Shown here in pieces: positions 51,601 through 64,000 of a stretch of DNA of 64,000 nt. The translations under genes and the position numbers were made by a program. Source of the stretch: Eledone cirrhosa (taxonomy: Eukaryota). The stretch lies in NCBI GenBank assembly GCA_964016885.1, contig OZ024742.1, positions 150,784,001 to 150,848,000 of the forward strand, written 5' to 3'. Below the pieces are notes generated by a model. It was not told the DNA's origin and made no database searches. It worked only from the letters and a program-made list of their open reading frames with translations. Each line of letters begins with the position of its first letter. The first letter of the stretch is position 1.

Positions 51601-52074
51601 TGAACCGAGATCTTTGGCGCTACACGGTAGTACAGAAGACCCGCCTTGCCTAAGTACAAAGCGACACCTACAGTCAGTAGGCCCCGCCTAACCAAATATG
51701 CACCCCAATCCACTACCCCTACTCTATCCTCCCACTCCCACCAACCCCACCCTCTCTCTGTAAAGTTGGTACCACAACATCCAGTCCAAATAAATGAGAT
51801 AATGAGATCGAGATCGTCTAGGTGTCACAACAAAAAAAAAAAAAAATCACAGTCCACGCTGTAATGTGGCCGTGTAGGTAACACAGTAAAAAGTTCCCAG
51901 TTCCACACTGTAAATGTGGTTGGTGTTAGGAAGGGCATCCAGCCATAGAAAGCCTGCCAGATAGTCCTATATGAGCAAGACACAGTCACCCGACAAACCT
52001 TGCCTAAAGTGGCACAACTCCCGTCTAACCCATGCTAGCGTGGAAGATGGACGTTAAACGATGATGATGATGAT
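48667..52074 (+). mobile_element. Near full-length, inactivated RTE-clade LINE (APE + RT + PHD-like Zn finger)
   Basis: APE: MNVGTL, CIQETRW, YAPQ, GDLNGH, IDYIL, SQH. RT: [34 protein letters not shown]. CxxC..CxxC..HxxC..CxxC finger. Several frameshifts and stops (e.g. TAG 49971, TAG 51442). (GAT)n tail. Confidence 0.97.
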
Positions 52075-54010
52075 ATATATATATATAATATCAACATTTA
52101 CTGTCCACTTTCGCTGCTAGCAAGGGTTGGATTGGTCAAAATTAACCAAGTAAGTACTGAAGCGGAGAGTTTTGTATCCTGCTTACATATGGTCATATCA
52201 AGTAGAGAGGAGTTGTTGCATCTTTTGACACAAACTGAAGGATCCTTTTCACTCTTTGTTTGGCAAGCTTCCTAACACCATCCACTTTACAGCGTGTACT
52301 GGATGCTTTTTTGTATAGATCACCAACACTAGTGAGGCTGTTATGTTCTTGACACAACTGAAGACTTTGTGTAATTGTATCTCTTTGTTTGTCTTTCTAA
52401 TCTTGAACTATATGAATGTGTGTGTGTATGTATATATATTTATCGCCATCCCCATTTAACATCCATTTTCCCACGCTAATCAAACAAGATGTATGCTTCA
52501 ACCTGTGCACATGGGAAGGCAGGTCTTCTGTATTACTGCATAACACCAGAGATCTCAATCCTGTGTCATCGTCTTCAAGAGGTGCAATTGTGCAAGGTCA
52601 TCCCAAATCTTTCTAGGTTTTCTTGCACTAGCTTCCATCAACATTGATTGTGGTGAACACAATCAATGGTTTCCTCTGTGGTGGCAATTGCAAGATGTTC
52701 AGATCTTGGGTCATTTTCATGACTCTCTCTTCCACTCCTAAATTCAGCTGCCACACTTGGGGGCTAAGCCCTTTTTTCTGCTGGTACTTGATAACACCAT
52801 GATGCCAAATTCTGTCAATTTTCAAGAGAAGTCACTACCAGTTACTTTTGAAGTTCTTTGAACAGTCAAATGTCAGTTTACCTGGAAAAAGACAATGCAA
52901 TTATTAAGAAGAGTTGAAATAAATGCATACAATATTTCACAGCTCTAGCATCATTCCTTTGTAGTCAGCCTCCTTTGTTTTCAGCCCACCCTTGTAAATG
53001 TTCAATGTGTAAATTTATGTGCACATTCATGTAGTCTGAGTTACCTCTATACTGTATATACAAATATAAGTTCATATAAATATATATGCTTGTTTTATGG
53101 GTTTGTGTAATAAACCCACTAGATAAGAACAAAGTAATGACTGTATATAGAGTTGATATAATAATTGTTATTAATAGTGATCACTTCAAAATTTAATCAA
53201 CATTACTGGCTTATCAAAATAGTTCTTATCTTCTTCTCCTCCTCATTATTATTGACCATGTGCCTATAGGCTAGCTAACTTGAGGAGAGGAGTGCTCTCC
53301 CTGGGTGCCCTAGAAGCGCAGGGTGGTTCAGGATTTGTGGGGTACCTGAGTCACCCCTGGATCATCCACCCCCTATAGGGGAATTTATTTTGTTATATTT
53401 ATGCATAGTTTATTTTATATTTTTTATATCTTCATTGTTAAATTAGTTTTGCCATTGTGCACTTTTACTTGACCTTATTGTAAACCCCCACTTTGTATTG
53501 TCCCCTACATGTCGGCCCTTGTGGCCAATAAATGAAATCATTATTATTATTATTATTGAGTTCAAATCCCACCAAGGTTAACTTTGCCTTTCATCCTTAT
53601 GGGGTCGATAAAATAAAGTACCAGTAATACACTGTGTAATTGCTGGCCTTGTGCCAAAAGTAGAAACAATTATTATTATTATTATTCCAAACACTCCTAC
53701 AAGTGGGTCCTGTCAGAAGGGACTGTCTCCAACTAATCCAGCCAGACCATCTGAGCTTATGGATGTTATCCAACCATCTTGTTCGAAGGTCTACTTTGGC
53801 TCATTAAAACACCATCTTTATTCACTGAGACAATTAGCTTTCCTAGGATTATCTTTTTTTATATTTATTTATTTTTTACCATTCGTTTAACTTTTTTGTT
53901 AACATGTTCCTAATGAAAATCACTGCCTATGATATTCTATTAAATTTGAAAACAGAAATTTTGTAATATAACTAACTTTGTCTGGATTAAGCTGATATTT
54001 GAAACATAAC

Positions 54011-54226
54011 TTAACCCTTCAGCATTTACATTACTCTATAGATACTATTATATTTTCACAGTAAAGGCTTTATCTCACATAATATTGAATCTATGAGATT
54101 TTGATATTGTTTATTTTGAGAACAATAGCTTAACATCAGTATGGGTGACTAGTTACGGCTGGTTTGATCAGAAAGAGATGAGAGTATTCTGGCTGGACAG
54201 AGCCGGTTTAAATGCTAAAGGGTTAA
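54011..54226. mobile_element. piggyBac-like MITE (TTAA TSD), copy 3
   Basis: TTAA|CCCTTCAGCATTTA ... TAAATGCTAAAGGG|TTAA. Confidence 0.85.
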
Positions 54227-57200
54227 CAAAAGTTTCTTACATATTGGAAGTTTTAGATTTTAAATAAATTGCTTTGTATCATAGAAAGAAGGGTTGTTCT
54301 AGGCTTGATTATTTGTAAATTGGAGTAATCCATTTCATATTTCATTATGTAGCTCCCTTTGGATATTTTCTTCTTTGTTGTGCCTAGATCTATACATCAA
54401 TGACATAGGGTAGTTGAGAGAATCTTTAGTCTTGTTGAGGACAACCTCTCTAGTTTTGATGGCATGATAAAATGCACCCAGTGCATACTATAAAGTGTTT
54501 GGTAATAAGAAGGACATCTAGGTGCAAAAATAAATGTCCAAAAGGTGGATACAACAATGCCCCAACACAGACAATTCATCTAGAACAGAGGGAGCCTAGT
54601 GTTCTCAGAGACATCCATCCTTCTAGTGGTATGATAAAATACATCCAATGCATGTTGTAAATTGGTTGGTGAAAAGAAGGTAATCTAATTGTTAAAAACA
54701 ATGACATATACAACAAAGATGTGCAGTTTTCTCTGTTGATCCAGAAGGTGAAGGATTCCTACAATTGGTAAGATGTCATAATACCAGTCTAACCCATACA
54801 AAAATAGAAAAGTAGATATAAAATGTTGATAATGGTGAAAAGAAACTAGGTCAGTTCTTTCCAGCCTGTGTATTGTAAAATATTCCCAGATCAGTATATT
54901 TATCTCTGATTTTTCAATTTGCAGATTAAAATTACGTATTTAGATTGCCTAGGCTTAGTCTCACATTTGAATTTGAATGTGTTCTGTCATGGGGGCAGTC
55001 TTCAGACACACCTTCCAGAAGGTCCTATCAGATGCAACTATCTACAATTGATCCAGCTGCATCCCCAAGCAAAACCAACTTTGCTCATGTACTACCCCAC
55101 AGGTCTCCTGCCAGTTGGCTTTACTCGTAAAATCTGTCCATTTATTCTTTACTTAGATATTCTAACCACATATCCATAATAGTAGCTGTGATCTCTCAAT
55201 TGTGAGAAGTAGCAACTCTACCTGGAGCAACGTTACTCCAAAGACCCTTTGGAGAAACCACATTTCAGCTGCTTTTATTTGCAATTGCATTCTTGATTTG
55301 TTTTTTTGTAATGCATATTTACAATATATGAAGGTAGCATTTTATTCTTAGTGAAACAAAAGGTGTCAAGCTTCTTAAACAGTTCAAGACATTTTAGGTT
55401 CATGTGATAATGTTAGTGAAAAATCTCACACAAAAACTTACATATCACGTTAGAGATGTAATACCACCTAGCTGTGCAGTCGTTCCAGTCTGGTAAGTTG
55501 TTTAATTCTGTAGGTTTGTGTCAAAGGATGGATAAGGCTACTAACTGAGTCCATTATAAAGATTGTCTGAACATTTTTTTGTAAAGACAGCCACATTAAA
55601 AAAAAAATGTTTTTGTGCTTTGATGTGTGTATGTTTCTAGTGGGTTCAACATAGATTGTGTATAGTAGACTAGACTGAAATCAGTTATTACTTCACTAAT
55701 GAAGCCTTCATTACTTTCAAAATATTAAAACTTCTTAAATATTTTCTTCACTCATGAGAATTTCAAAACCACAGCATAATGTGTTAATTAGCTGACTTGG
55801 CATATAAACAGGGTTTGGGTTTTTGCCCATTTCTCAGACATAAAATAGGGTCAGCTTATATTCAAGTATATATGTAGTTCTACAGCCAATGTCCTTAGGG
55901 AGAATAAACTGGAGACAGAATTCTAGTACAGACCCCAAAAATATGTATACATACATATATACATGTCTGTGTGTGTGTGTGTATATACATATATATATTA
56001 TCTCTCACTGTGAGTGTGTATATATACACACAAACACACATACATACACACAGTAAGAGAGATAAAAACTAATTACTGTTATTAGTGTTTTGTTTCACAA
56101 GGCATTTTTCATAATTTGTATATGTATTATTTATTTTACTACTGAATATTTATTTTCCATAGAAGTTTCTTTAGTTGCTAAAGTTTATGTGCAATAAATT
56201 GGTTATACTTTTCCAATACACAAGATATTTTAACAATTTTTTATACAATTCCTGATAATATTTACACATAGAATGGCTGGAATTAAATGGATCCATATGT
56301 AAAAAAAAAAAAAAGGGATTGAGAACCACTGATTTAGTTGGTGTAACTCACTCTTCTGATTTTGTAGAGGTGACAGGTGCTGTTAGATAGTCCATTTGCT
56401 AATAGTACCTGCTCCACATACTCACTTTGTTGATACACAAACATGTACTAAGTCTCTAGCATATGCTGAGTTCCCACATAAGGAAAGCTAGTGAAGCATT
56501 CCTTCATGATGGAGTTTTTCTCTGAGCTATATTTTTGAAAAAGCTGAAGTCTTGGATCAAACATATCTTAAGTATTGTCCTGCCTCCACAGCACTCTACT
56601 GAATGGATAGTGCAGTCAACATGATGACCCTTGCATTCTATTGAGAATGGAAAGCTTTTTAGGAGTCCTCATTTGCTGTAAGTAGCTATCTCTTTTTGGG
56701 AAATATATTTTTATTGTAGTATTCATATTACTGTTTTACTTATAATTTTAATAATAATCATTTTACATCTGTTTTCCATGCTGCTATAGGTTGAACCTAA
56801 AATTAGTTTATCCCCCCCCCCCTCCCTTCTCATTAGTGGAGGTTTGGGCCAAGATTGAACCCAACCAGGATACCTTTACTATGTACATACACTAGTACTT
56901 AACATTTTGATATATTCTTCATTATTAAGAGGTTAAATGCTATATGTTATTAATTGTACATCACATGTTCAAATCCCATTCTTTTGAAAGGGTATTGTTT
57001 GCCTTTTTTTATTTTCGAAGGTTAATAAAGTTGATATAGTTAATATACTACTATAGATTATTCAATCAAGAAATGCTGTGATAAGCTTTCACTGAACAGG
57101 TGAAATTTATTTCACCTGTTTTACTAATGCTCTTAACACTATCCATTTCTTCTATATTTATCAATATATGATCTACTACCAATATAACATGTCAGTAATC

Positions 57201-59964
57201 TCATGTAATTATTATAGCCCAGTATTTATTCACTAAATTCCTTATATAAACTACTTATCTGTGTTCACTGGAACTTAAATCATCAATGCACACAACTGAG
57301 AGACCAGGTTTAACTTTTATTTCTGGAAAACTGATTCATGAGTCGGAGCTAAATGTTAATATAAAGTCTAATAATTATTCCTCCCTCCTACTATTTCCAG
57401 TTTCATTTTCAATGATATTCACACCTTTTATCATTTATTTTCACAGCCATGCTCTTCCTTCCACTACCTTTCAACTCTTATCACTCTCTACCACATGAAT
57501 TAGTGTTAGCAGACTGCATAACATTAAAAATTAATGTCTTTACTCTAATACTGCAATTTTTCACAATGATAATATAAACATTTGTTCAGTTTATTAGGGC
57601 AGTGAATTGGCAGATTCAGTATAGCATTGGACAAAATGCCTTGCATTATTTAATCGTGAATTGGCAGTATCGGTAGACAGTCGAGCACCATGCTTTGCAG
57701 CATAGAGTTACAGTCCTTTACGGTCTGAGTTCAAATCCCGCCGAGGTTAACTTTGCCTTTCATCCTTACGGGGTCGATAAAATAAAGTACCAGTCACGCA
57801 CTGGGGTCAATTTAATCGACTTCCCCTTCCCCCAAATTACTGGCCTTGTGCCTATATAAGAAACCATTATTTAGTCATAGCCCTTTACATTCTGAGTTCA
57901 AATCTTGTCAAAGTCAACTTTTTCTTTTCACCCTTCTGGGGTCTATAAAATAAAGACCTATCATGTAGAAGGTGGGTGTGGTCAACATAGTTGACTGTCC
58001 TCTCTCTCTCACTCAGTTTTTGGTCTTGTGCCTATGTAAGAAATTATTATTTGGTGCATTGGCAGAGTAACAAATAAAATATATTGCAATAATTAGTTGT
58101 GTATCTTTACGTTCTGAGTTCAAATCCTTCCAATGTTAAATTTTTCACATTTGTAGTATGTTATTTCATTAAATTTTTCAAATGTTTCCAAAATTAATTA
58201 ATACACATATACTTTGTATTACATTAAAAATATTGTAACAAAAAGGTTTTTAAACTTTCTGCAAATGCATGGAATGTTATAGCTGGCAGTTCTTGTGTTC
58301 TAGCCACTTTGCATAAATTTAACTCTAGATACCATAAAATTTACATCAATAGTTTTAACTTTTAATGTACCAAATAAAGCCACATTAACAAGACTTTCTC
58401 AAAAACTATAAAATCAGCATAATGGCTGCATCACATTAAACATCATCACTTTAGTTTCCTGCAAATCTTTGCAACATTCTGTCCACTAGTAAATATTACT
58501 ATAAACATTTGAATTAACAAACCTGTTTTTAAATATTTTATGCAGAATGTTAAGAATTAGACATAATTCTGATATGTGTTGCAGATTTTTTACATCAACA
58601 GTTTTAACTGTTAATGTCCTGTACCAAACGAAACCACATTAGCATGATGTTTTCAATTATAATTGTCTGAATGATTTGCAGTGAAATTTTCAAATTTTCA
58701 GGATTTTTCAAATATGTTAAAATTTGTCAAATTTCTCCAGGCTTACTCATTTAAGTTATCAAAATCAATCTTCAATAGTTTATTTAAATCCATCTGAACA
58801 TTTTTTAATTAATGATTTTAAACTTTGTTGTTAGCTTCTATTTGACAATTTTGATTGCCCCAGTCTGGATGAATAAACATATATCAAGACTCTACATACT
58901 TCTAACATGTATTGAGCACTTTTATTTTTCTGTACCAAAAACTAAACAAACAACATATATGTGTGTGTGTATTTATATTGAGAGGACTCTTTAGTGTTAA
59001 AGACACAACAACCTCTCTAGTGTTGGTGATCTACTATGATAAATGTATCTAGTACACGCTGTAAAGTGGTTGGTGATAGGAAGGTCATCCAGCCACAGAA
59101 AGCTTGCCTAACAATGGATTGGGAGGACTCTTTAGTTGTGTCAAGGACATGACAGCCTCCTTACTGCTGGTGATCTACACAATAAAAGCATCCGGTACAC
59201 GCCCTAAAGTGGTTGGTGACAGGAAGGGCATTTGAGCCATAGAAAGCTTGTCAAACAAGTGGTTAGAAGGACCCTTCAGTTTGTGTCAAAAGACACAACT
59301 TCTCTTCTGCACTCAATATAACCGTACATAAGCAGGAGACAGACCCCTTGGTCTGTCTGGGAGGTCAGTAGCCCCACTTCAGTACTGACTTGGTCTATGT
59401 AGACCCATCCAACCCTTGCTAACAGGAAAGGCGGACGTTAAATGATGATGATATATGTATATATATATCTTTGTGTATGCGTGTGTGTGTGTGTGTGTCA
59501 CAACTGGAATGCTTTTGATCAGACATCTCAGTGTGGGCTGACCTCAGACTAAACAACAATCAACACTATTAATATTGCAAATAATAACCACGACCATTTT
59601 CATCATACACACATACATCTCCACCACTACTGCTATGTAAACTTTAACATCAACACTAACGACAGAAATGTCTTGTCAGCAAGGGGAGCTAGCTCTACCT
59701 GTTTTTTCTTACTTGCTAGGAAAAGTAACCAAATCTCCCTCAAACTATACCTTACCATCTAAACAATGAAAGGACACATTGAATATTGTACACTATTCCC
59801 TGCTTCTTGATCAAAGCTGACCTGTGGTTAAACAACCACACAAAGTAAAAATAGATATATTGTTTATACATATGATGGTGATGATGCAGAAGCTGTTGTT
59901 GGCATATGTAATTGTTCTTATTTATATTCTATGTATAGTATATATCATATAGCCTTTGTTTGTC

Positions 59965-60002
<38 letters not shown>

Positions 60003-60123
60003 GTCTTCATTTGCTTTATTTTAATCTATTGTTTTTTCTCTCTTCTGAATTAAAGATCTTCCATGGTTGGAGTCTGTTAACAACAACAAACAGATGTTTG
60101 GGAAAGGTGCCATTTTTTTGCAG

Positions 60124-60201
60124 ATGCAGTAATGCTGACTTTAAACTGATCTTATTTATCTCAAGGCAGTTCTTTTCAAACAGAAAAATGGCTGAAACAA
60201 G
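60124..60201 (+). CDS. Candidate second exon of the divergent gene (R-CSNADFKLILFISRQFFSNRK-MAET-R/S)
   Basis: ttttttgcag acceptor; strong-context ATG (AAAATGG) at 60188; donor AAG|GTAAGA; 78 nt, in frame with 35654-35664. Alternative acceptor at 60055/60056. Confidence 0.5.
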
Positions 60202-60362
60202 GTAAGATAGTTTTGTTTTATGTTGTCAGTTTTAGTTTCTTAAATGTAAAGATGTTTTTTTTTTAACGTTGTTTCTTAATTCATCCTGTAATGATATAGC
60301 AGAGAATATCAAAAATCAGGTTTGTTAATTCAAATGTTTGTCTTATGTTTACTAGAGGATAG

Positions 60363-61105
60363 ATCATCATCATTTAACGTCCATTTTCCACGCTAGCATG
60401 AGTTAGACGGGTTTCCCTATTTGAGGCAAGTCGGGCCAGGTGACCATGTCTTGTTCATCCAGAACTGTTTCTAGCTTGGTTTCTACAGTTGGATGCCCTT
60501 CCAAATGCTAAACACATTTATTGTGTGCTGGGTGCTTTTTGTCATGGCACCTGCACAACCACTTTATAGTGTGGACTGGGGACTTTGGTGGAGGAAGTGT
60601 GTGGGGATTGGGAAGGTAGGTATAGGGGCTTGTGTGAGAGATAGTGTTAGGACATAGGAGGTGTGTGGAAGGGGCAATGGAAGCAAAGGTGGTGCATACT
60701 AGGTGTATGCTTCAGTCTGTGCTCATGGGAAGGCGGGTCTTCGGTATTACTGCATAACGCCAGAGATCCCATCCTGTGTTATTGCCCTTGTGAGGTGCAA
60801 TTGTGCAAGATCAGCTTTTATCATCTCATCCCAAATCTTCCTGGGACTTCCTACTCCATAGCTTTCATCAACTTTGAGCTCTCTGCACCTTTTTATACAG
60901 CTGTCATCTTTCATACACATCACATGTCCATACCAATGCGATCTCCTCTCCTGCTCACTGCATTTGATCCCTCTTGTGCTTAGTTTCTCTCTTAGTTCAA
61001 TTACGTTTTGCTGTTTATGTATATTACTATTGCACATCCATCGGAGTATGCAGGCTTCATTTCTTTTTAATCTTCGCAGGTCCTCTGTAACCATTGGCTC
61101 CAGAC
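60363..61105 (-). mobile_element. RTE LINE 3' fragment
   Basis: EDLRRLKRNEACILRWMCNSNI..WYGHVM ORF, 3' UTR and (GAT)n tail. Confidence 0.92.
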
Positions 61106-63061
61106 CACTAATTTATAGCAGAGAGATATGATTAATTTTGTTGAGTAATGGTATTTTTTTATCAATACCTGAACATAGAAAGGTAAAGTCAACTCCAATG
61201 GGATTTGCACACAGACCATTAAAAAAAAACTGTTCTTTCATACAGTTAAACATTTTTATCCATCTGTCATTCACCACCCAAACAATAAAGATTTCTAATT
61301 GTGGCACTAGGCCAGCAATTTTGGAGGGAAGAGTAAGTCGATTATGTTGACCTTTGTACTTGACTGGTATTATTTTATTGGCCCTGGAATGATAAAAGGC
61401 AACGTTAACCTCGGTAGGATTTGAAATCAGGATATAAAGTGCTATAATTAAATGCCACAAAGCATTTTGTCTGACACTAACAATTTTGCCAATCCACATT
61501 AATAATAAGTATTATTGTTTTGATAAGGCCTTTCAATTTTTTATTTTATGTAAATGTGATTGGTGTTAGGAAGGACATCCAGCTTTAAAAACCCCGGCCA
61601 AATTTAGTCCCATCAGAGCAAGGTACGGCAAGGCCAATCCTGGCCAGACCTGTCTCTCAAAGTGGTCGACCCATCTAACCTCATGCAAGCATGAAAAAAA
61701 ATCACCATTAAACTGTGATGATGATGATAGGCGGGTTAATACTTTTGATAACAAGCTGCATGAAAATGCCTCTGGTTCTACAATACAAATTAGTTTATAT
61801 TAAAATAAAATCCCTCTATCATAATTTTATGTAGGAACCTTTAAGGTATGTTCCAACCACCAGCTTAATAATTGTTTCTACTTTTGGCACAAGGCCAGCA
61901 ATTACCCAGTACATTACTGGTACTTCATTTTATCGACCCCGTAAGGATGAAAGGCAAAGTTAACCAACAGCTTAATAATTATTTCTAATTACACTTGGGT
62001 CGATACAATCGACTTTCCTACAAATTGCTGGCAATTATTTGAAATACATAAGCAGTGTCTTTCATTAGATATATGGTAAAAAAAGTTTAAATCTTAGAAA
62101 TAGCATATACTATTTGTTTCTTGTTTTGCATTCATTTGACATTATTCTAATTAGTGGGATACAAATTTTCATAGGAATTATTATAGTAATAAAATATTTC
62201 ATAGGAATTATTATAGTAATAAAATATTTTCTAATATTAGCAACACACTCATGCACACTTAGGCCAAACTGAAACAAATCATACTTATATTTCTTTGCTT
62301 CTTTTTTTTTTATGTACTCAATTATGAAGGTATCTATATATTACTAAAACTTTGTGATTGTGTGCTTGTCTGTAATTTAATACAGCCAAAACGACGCATA
62401 ATGGGAAAATACTTTGAAAGGAAGTTGCCTCATAAACAGAAGGAGAGAAAGGGAGAGTGGTTGTGAGGGAGTAGATTGAAAGACACCCACATATGTATGA
62501 ACCTGACCTGGCATTGCCCACAACAGGACAACCCGTCTAACCCATGCTAGCGTGGAGACATCAACGTAAAACGATGATGATGATATATATATATAGGCTT
62601 TCTAATTTCATTTTACATTATATACATGTATATGTTTATTTTAATTATTTTTAAGTGAACCTGATTTTTTAAAAAATATTTTTAAGTTAACGTGACCCGT
62701 GTCATAGGTGGTCTAGTTATTACTAAATTTCTCAATGTGTCAAATGACAACATTTTAATTTTATTTGTAGTCACCACCCTTTCTGTCTGGTAACAAGATT
62801 TCTCTTCCCACCCCATACATTTATGTTTTAAAATTGTCCTTATCAGGTGGTTTATTTCTTGTTTTTATAAGCACCCTTATTAGTTTAATTGGCTGCTGTT
62901 GTTGGTACCTGATGACCTCTGTCTTAACATTGATAATATCTGCCTTGCCAGTGATGAGATATTGCAAGTGTCACCAGAGAGATGCAGGGAAGTCAGGTAG
63001 ATTGAGTGAGGATGGTATACTGATTGCCAGTTCAGAGGAACAGAAACTAATTTAGTAATGA

Positions 63062-63810
63062 CTAGCAGAATGGCATGTTTGTATCATGAGTTATTGCCAA
63101 CATAGAAGCTATTGCTTCGGTTTTTGTCATATGTATTTTCATTTTGTTCCTATTGAAGAACAAAGCAATATTAAAGAGAAAGTCGTGTAAGGCATTGTAA
63201 GAAGGTAAAAGCAGCAAGATATATTGTTTCTAAACGTAAGAATATTAAAATGCATCATTTGGAAATATATAGAAATTTGTTACGTGTTGCAATCTTCTCT
63301 TACGATACATTAAAATGCATCATTTGGAAATCTCTATAAATATGTTATATGCTGCAATCTTCTCTTTACGACATCAACATTTCCTAAAAATCAGAGTTAC
63401 ATCCCAAAATGGATCAAAGCCTTTTCCAAAAAATGTAAAATCTTATTGTAAAGCTGTCTGTGCTTTCGTGAAATAAATACGTTTGTTTATATTTTGCTTT
63501 TGTGTATGCAAAAATATCTGTACACGAATATATAATTATATATATATATTAAAATAACAGATTAAAGTTTAAGCAAAGAATCGCTGCTTTCACCCTTAAC
63601 AGGATCTTCTGAAACTAAAAAAATCAATCTGTGAACGCAGAGGTAAATATTTCGATAAACGTTGCAACCGAAGGCAAACAGGAAGACAATACTTGGGTTC
63701 GTGAAGACGTTCCCTGGCAATGAATGGAAAATAGCGAACATAATACGTCAGCAATGAGAAGAATGTATTGCAAGCAGGGAAGAACGGATGATGATTATAT
63801 ACGCGCGCGC
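63062..63810 (-). mobile_element. Second copy of the non-autonomous Helitron family (3' part)
   Basis: GCCATTCTGCTAG|T terminus at 63062; 63468-63719 is the reverse complement of 7321-7572. Confidence 0.8.
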
Positions 63811-63811
63811 A

Positions 63812-64000
63812 CACACCACACCACACCACACCACACCACACCACACATATTATATTATATTATATTATATTATATATTATATATTATATTATATTATATT
63901 ATATTATATTATATATTATATTATATTATATTATATATTATATTATATTATATTATATTATATGTATGTATGTTATGTTATGTTATGTTATGTTATGTTA
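63812..64000. repeat. Compound microsatellite (CACAC)n-(ATATT)n-(TATGT)n
   Basis: Direct inspection. Confidence 0.97.

Noticed and set aside
47460-56690. Additional plus-strand exons (isolated GTAAGT donors at ~48286, ~55493 and ~56678)
   Set aside because: No supported acceptor, frame or homology; cannot be distinguished from chance without RNA data.

Overview
AT-rich, microsatellite- and transposon-dense animal genomic DNA. The SINE and RTE repertoire resembles an octopus/coleoid cephalopod (inference). It contains one complete spliced gene reconstructed by hand: PEX16 on the minus strand, 10 coding exons, 13531..35489, 1029 nt, 342 aa. Its intron 6 is a U12-type (minor spliceosome) intron. 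A second, unidentified gene appears to start head-to-head 164 nt away on the plus strand. Its first exon (MFY..) can splice in frame across ~24.5 kb to an exon giving a 25-aa presequence-like extension ahead of a stronger ATG. The rest is mostly TE relics: Chapaev3-like, hAT, mariner, Tc2/pogo-like, TTAA MITEs, non-autonomous Helitrons, RTE and CR1-like LINEs, and two tRNA-derived SINE families. The most unusual item is a Penelope-like (Naiad-type GIY-YIG) insertion whose inverted pseudo-LTRs each carry a hammerhead ribozyme fold. That fold has a non-canonical U3-A8 core, a long stem II and a self-complementary stem III. No databases or folding programs were run; family names come from recognised motifs.
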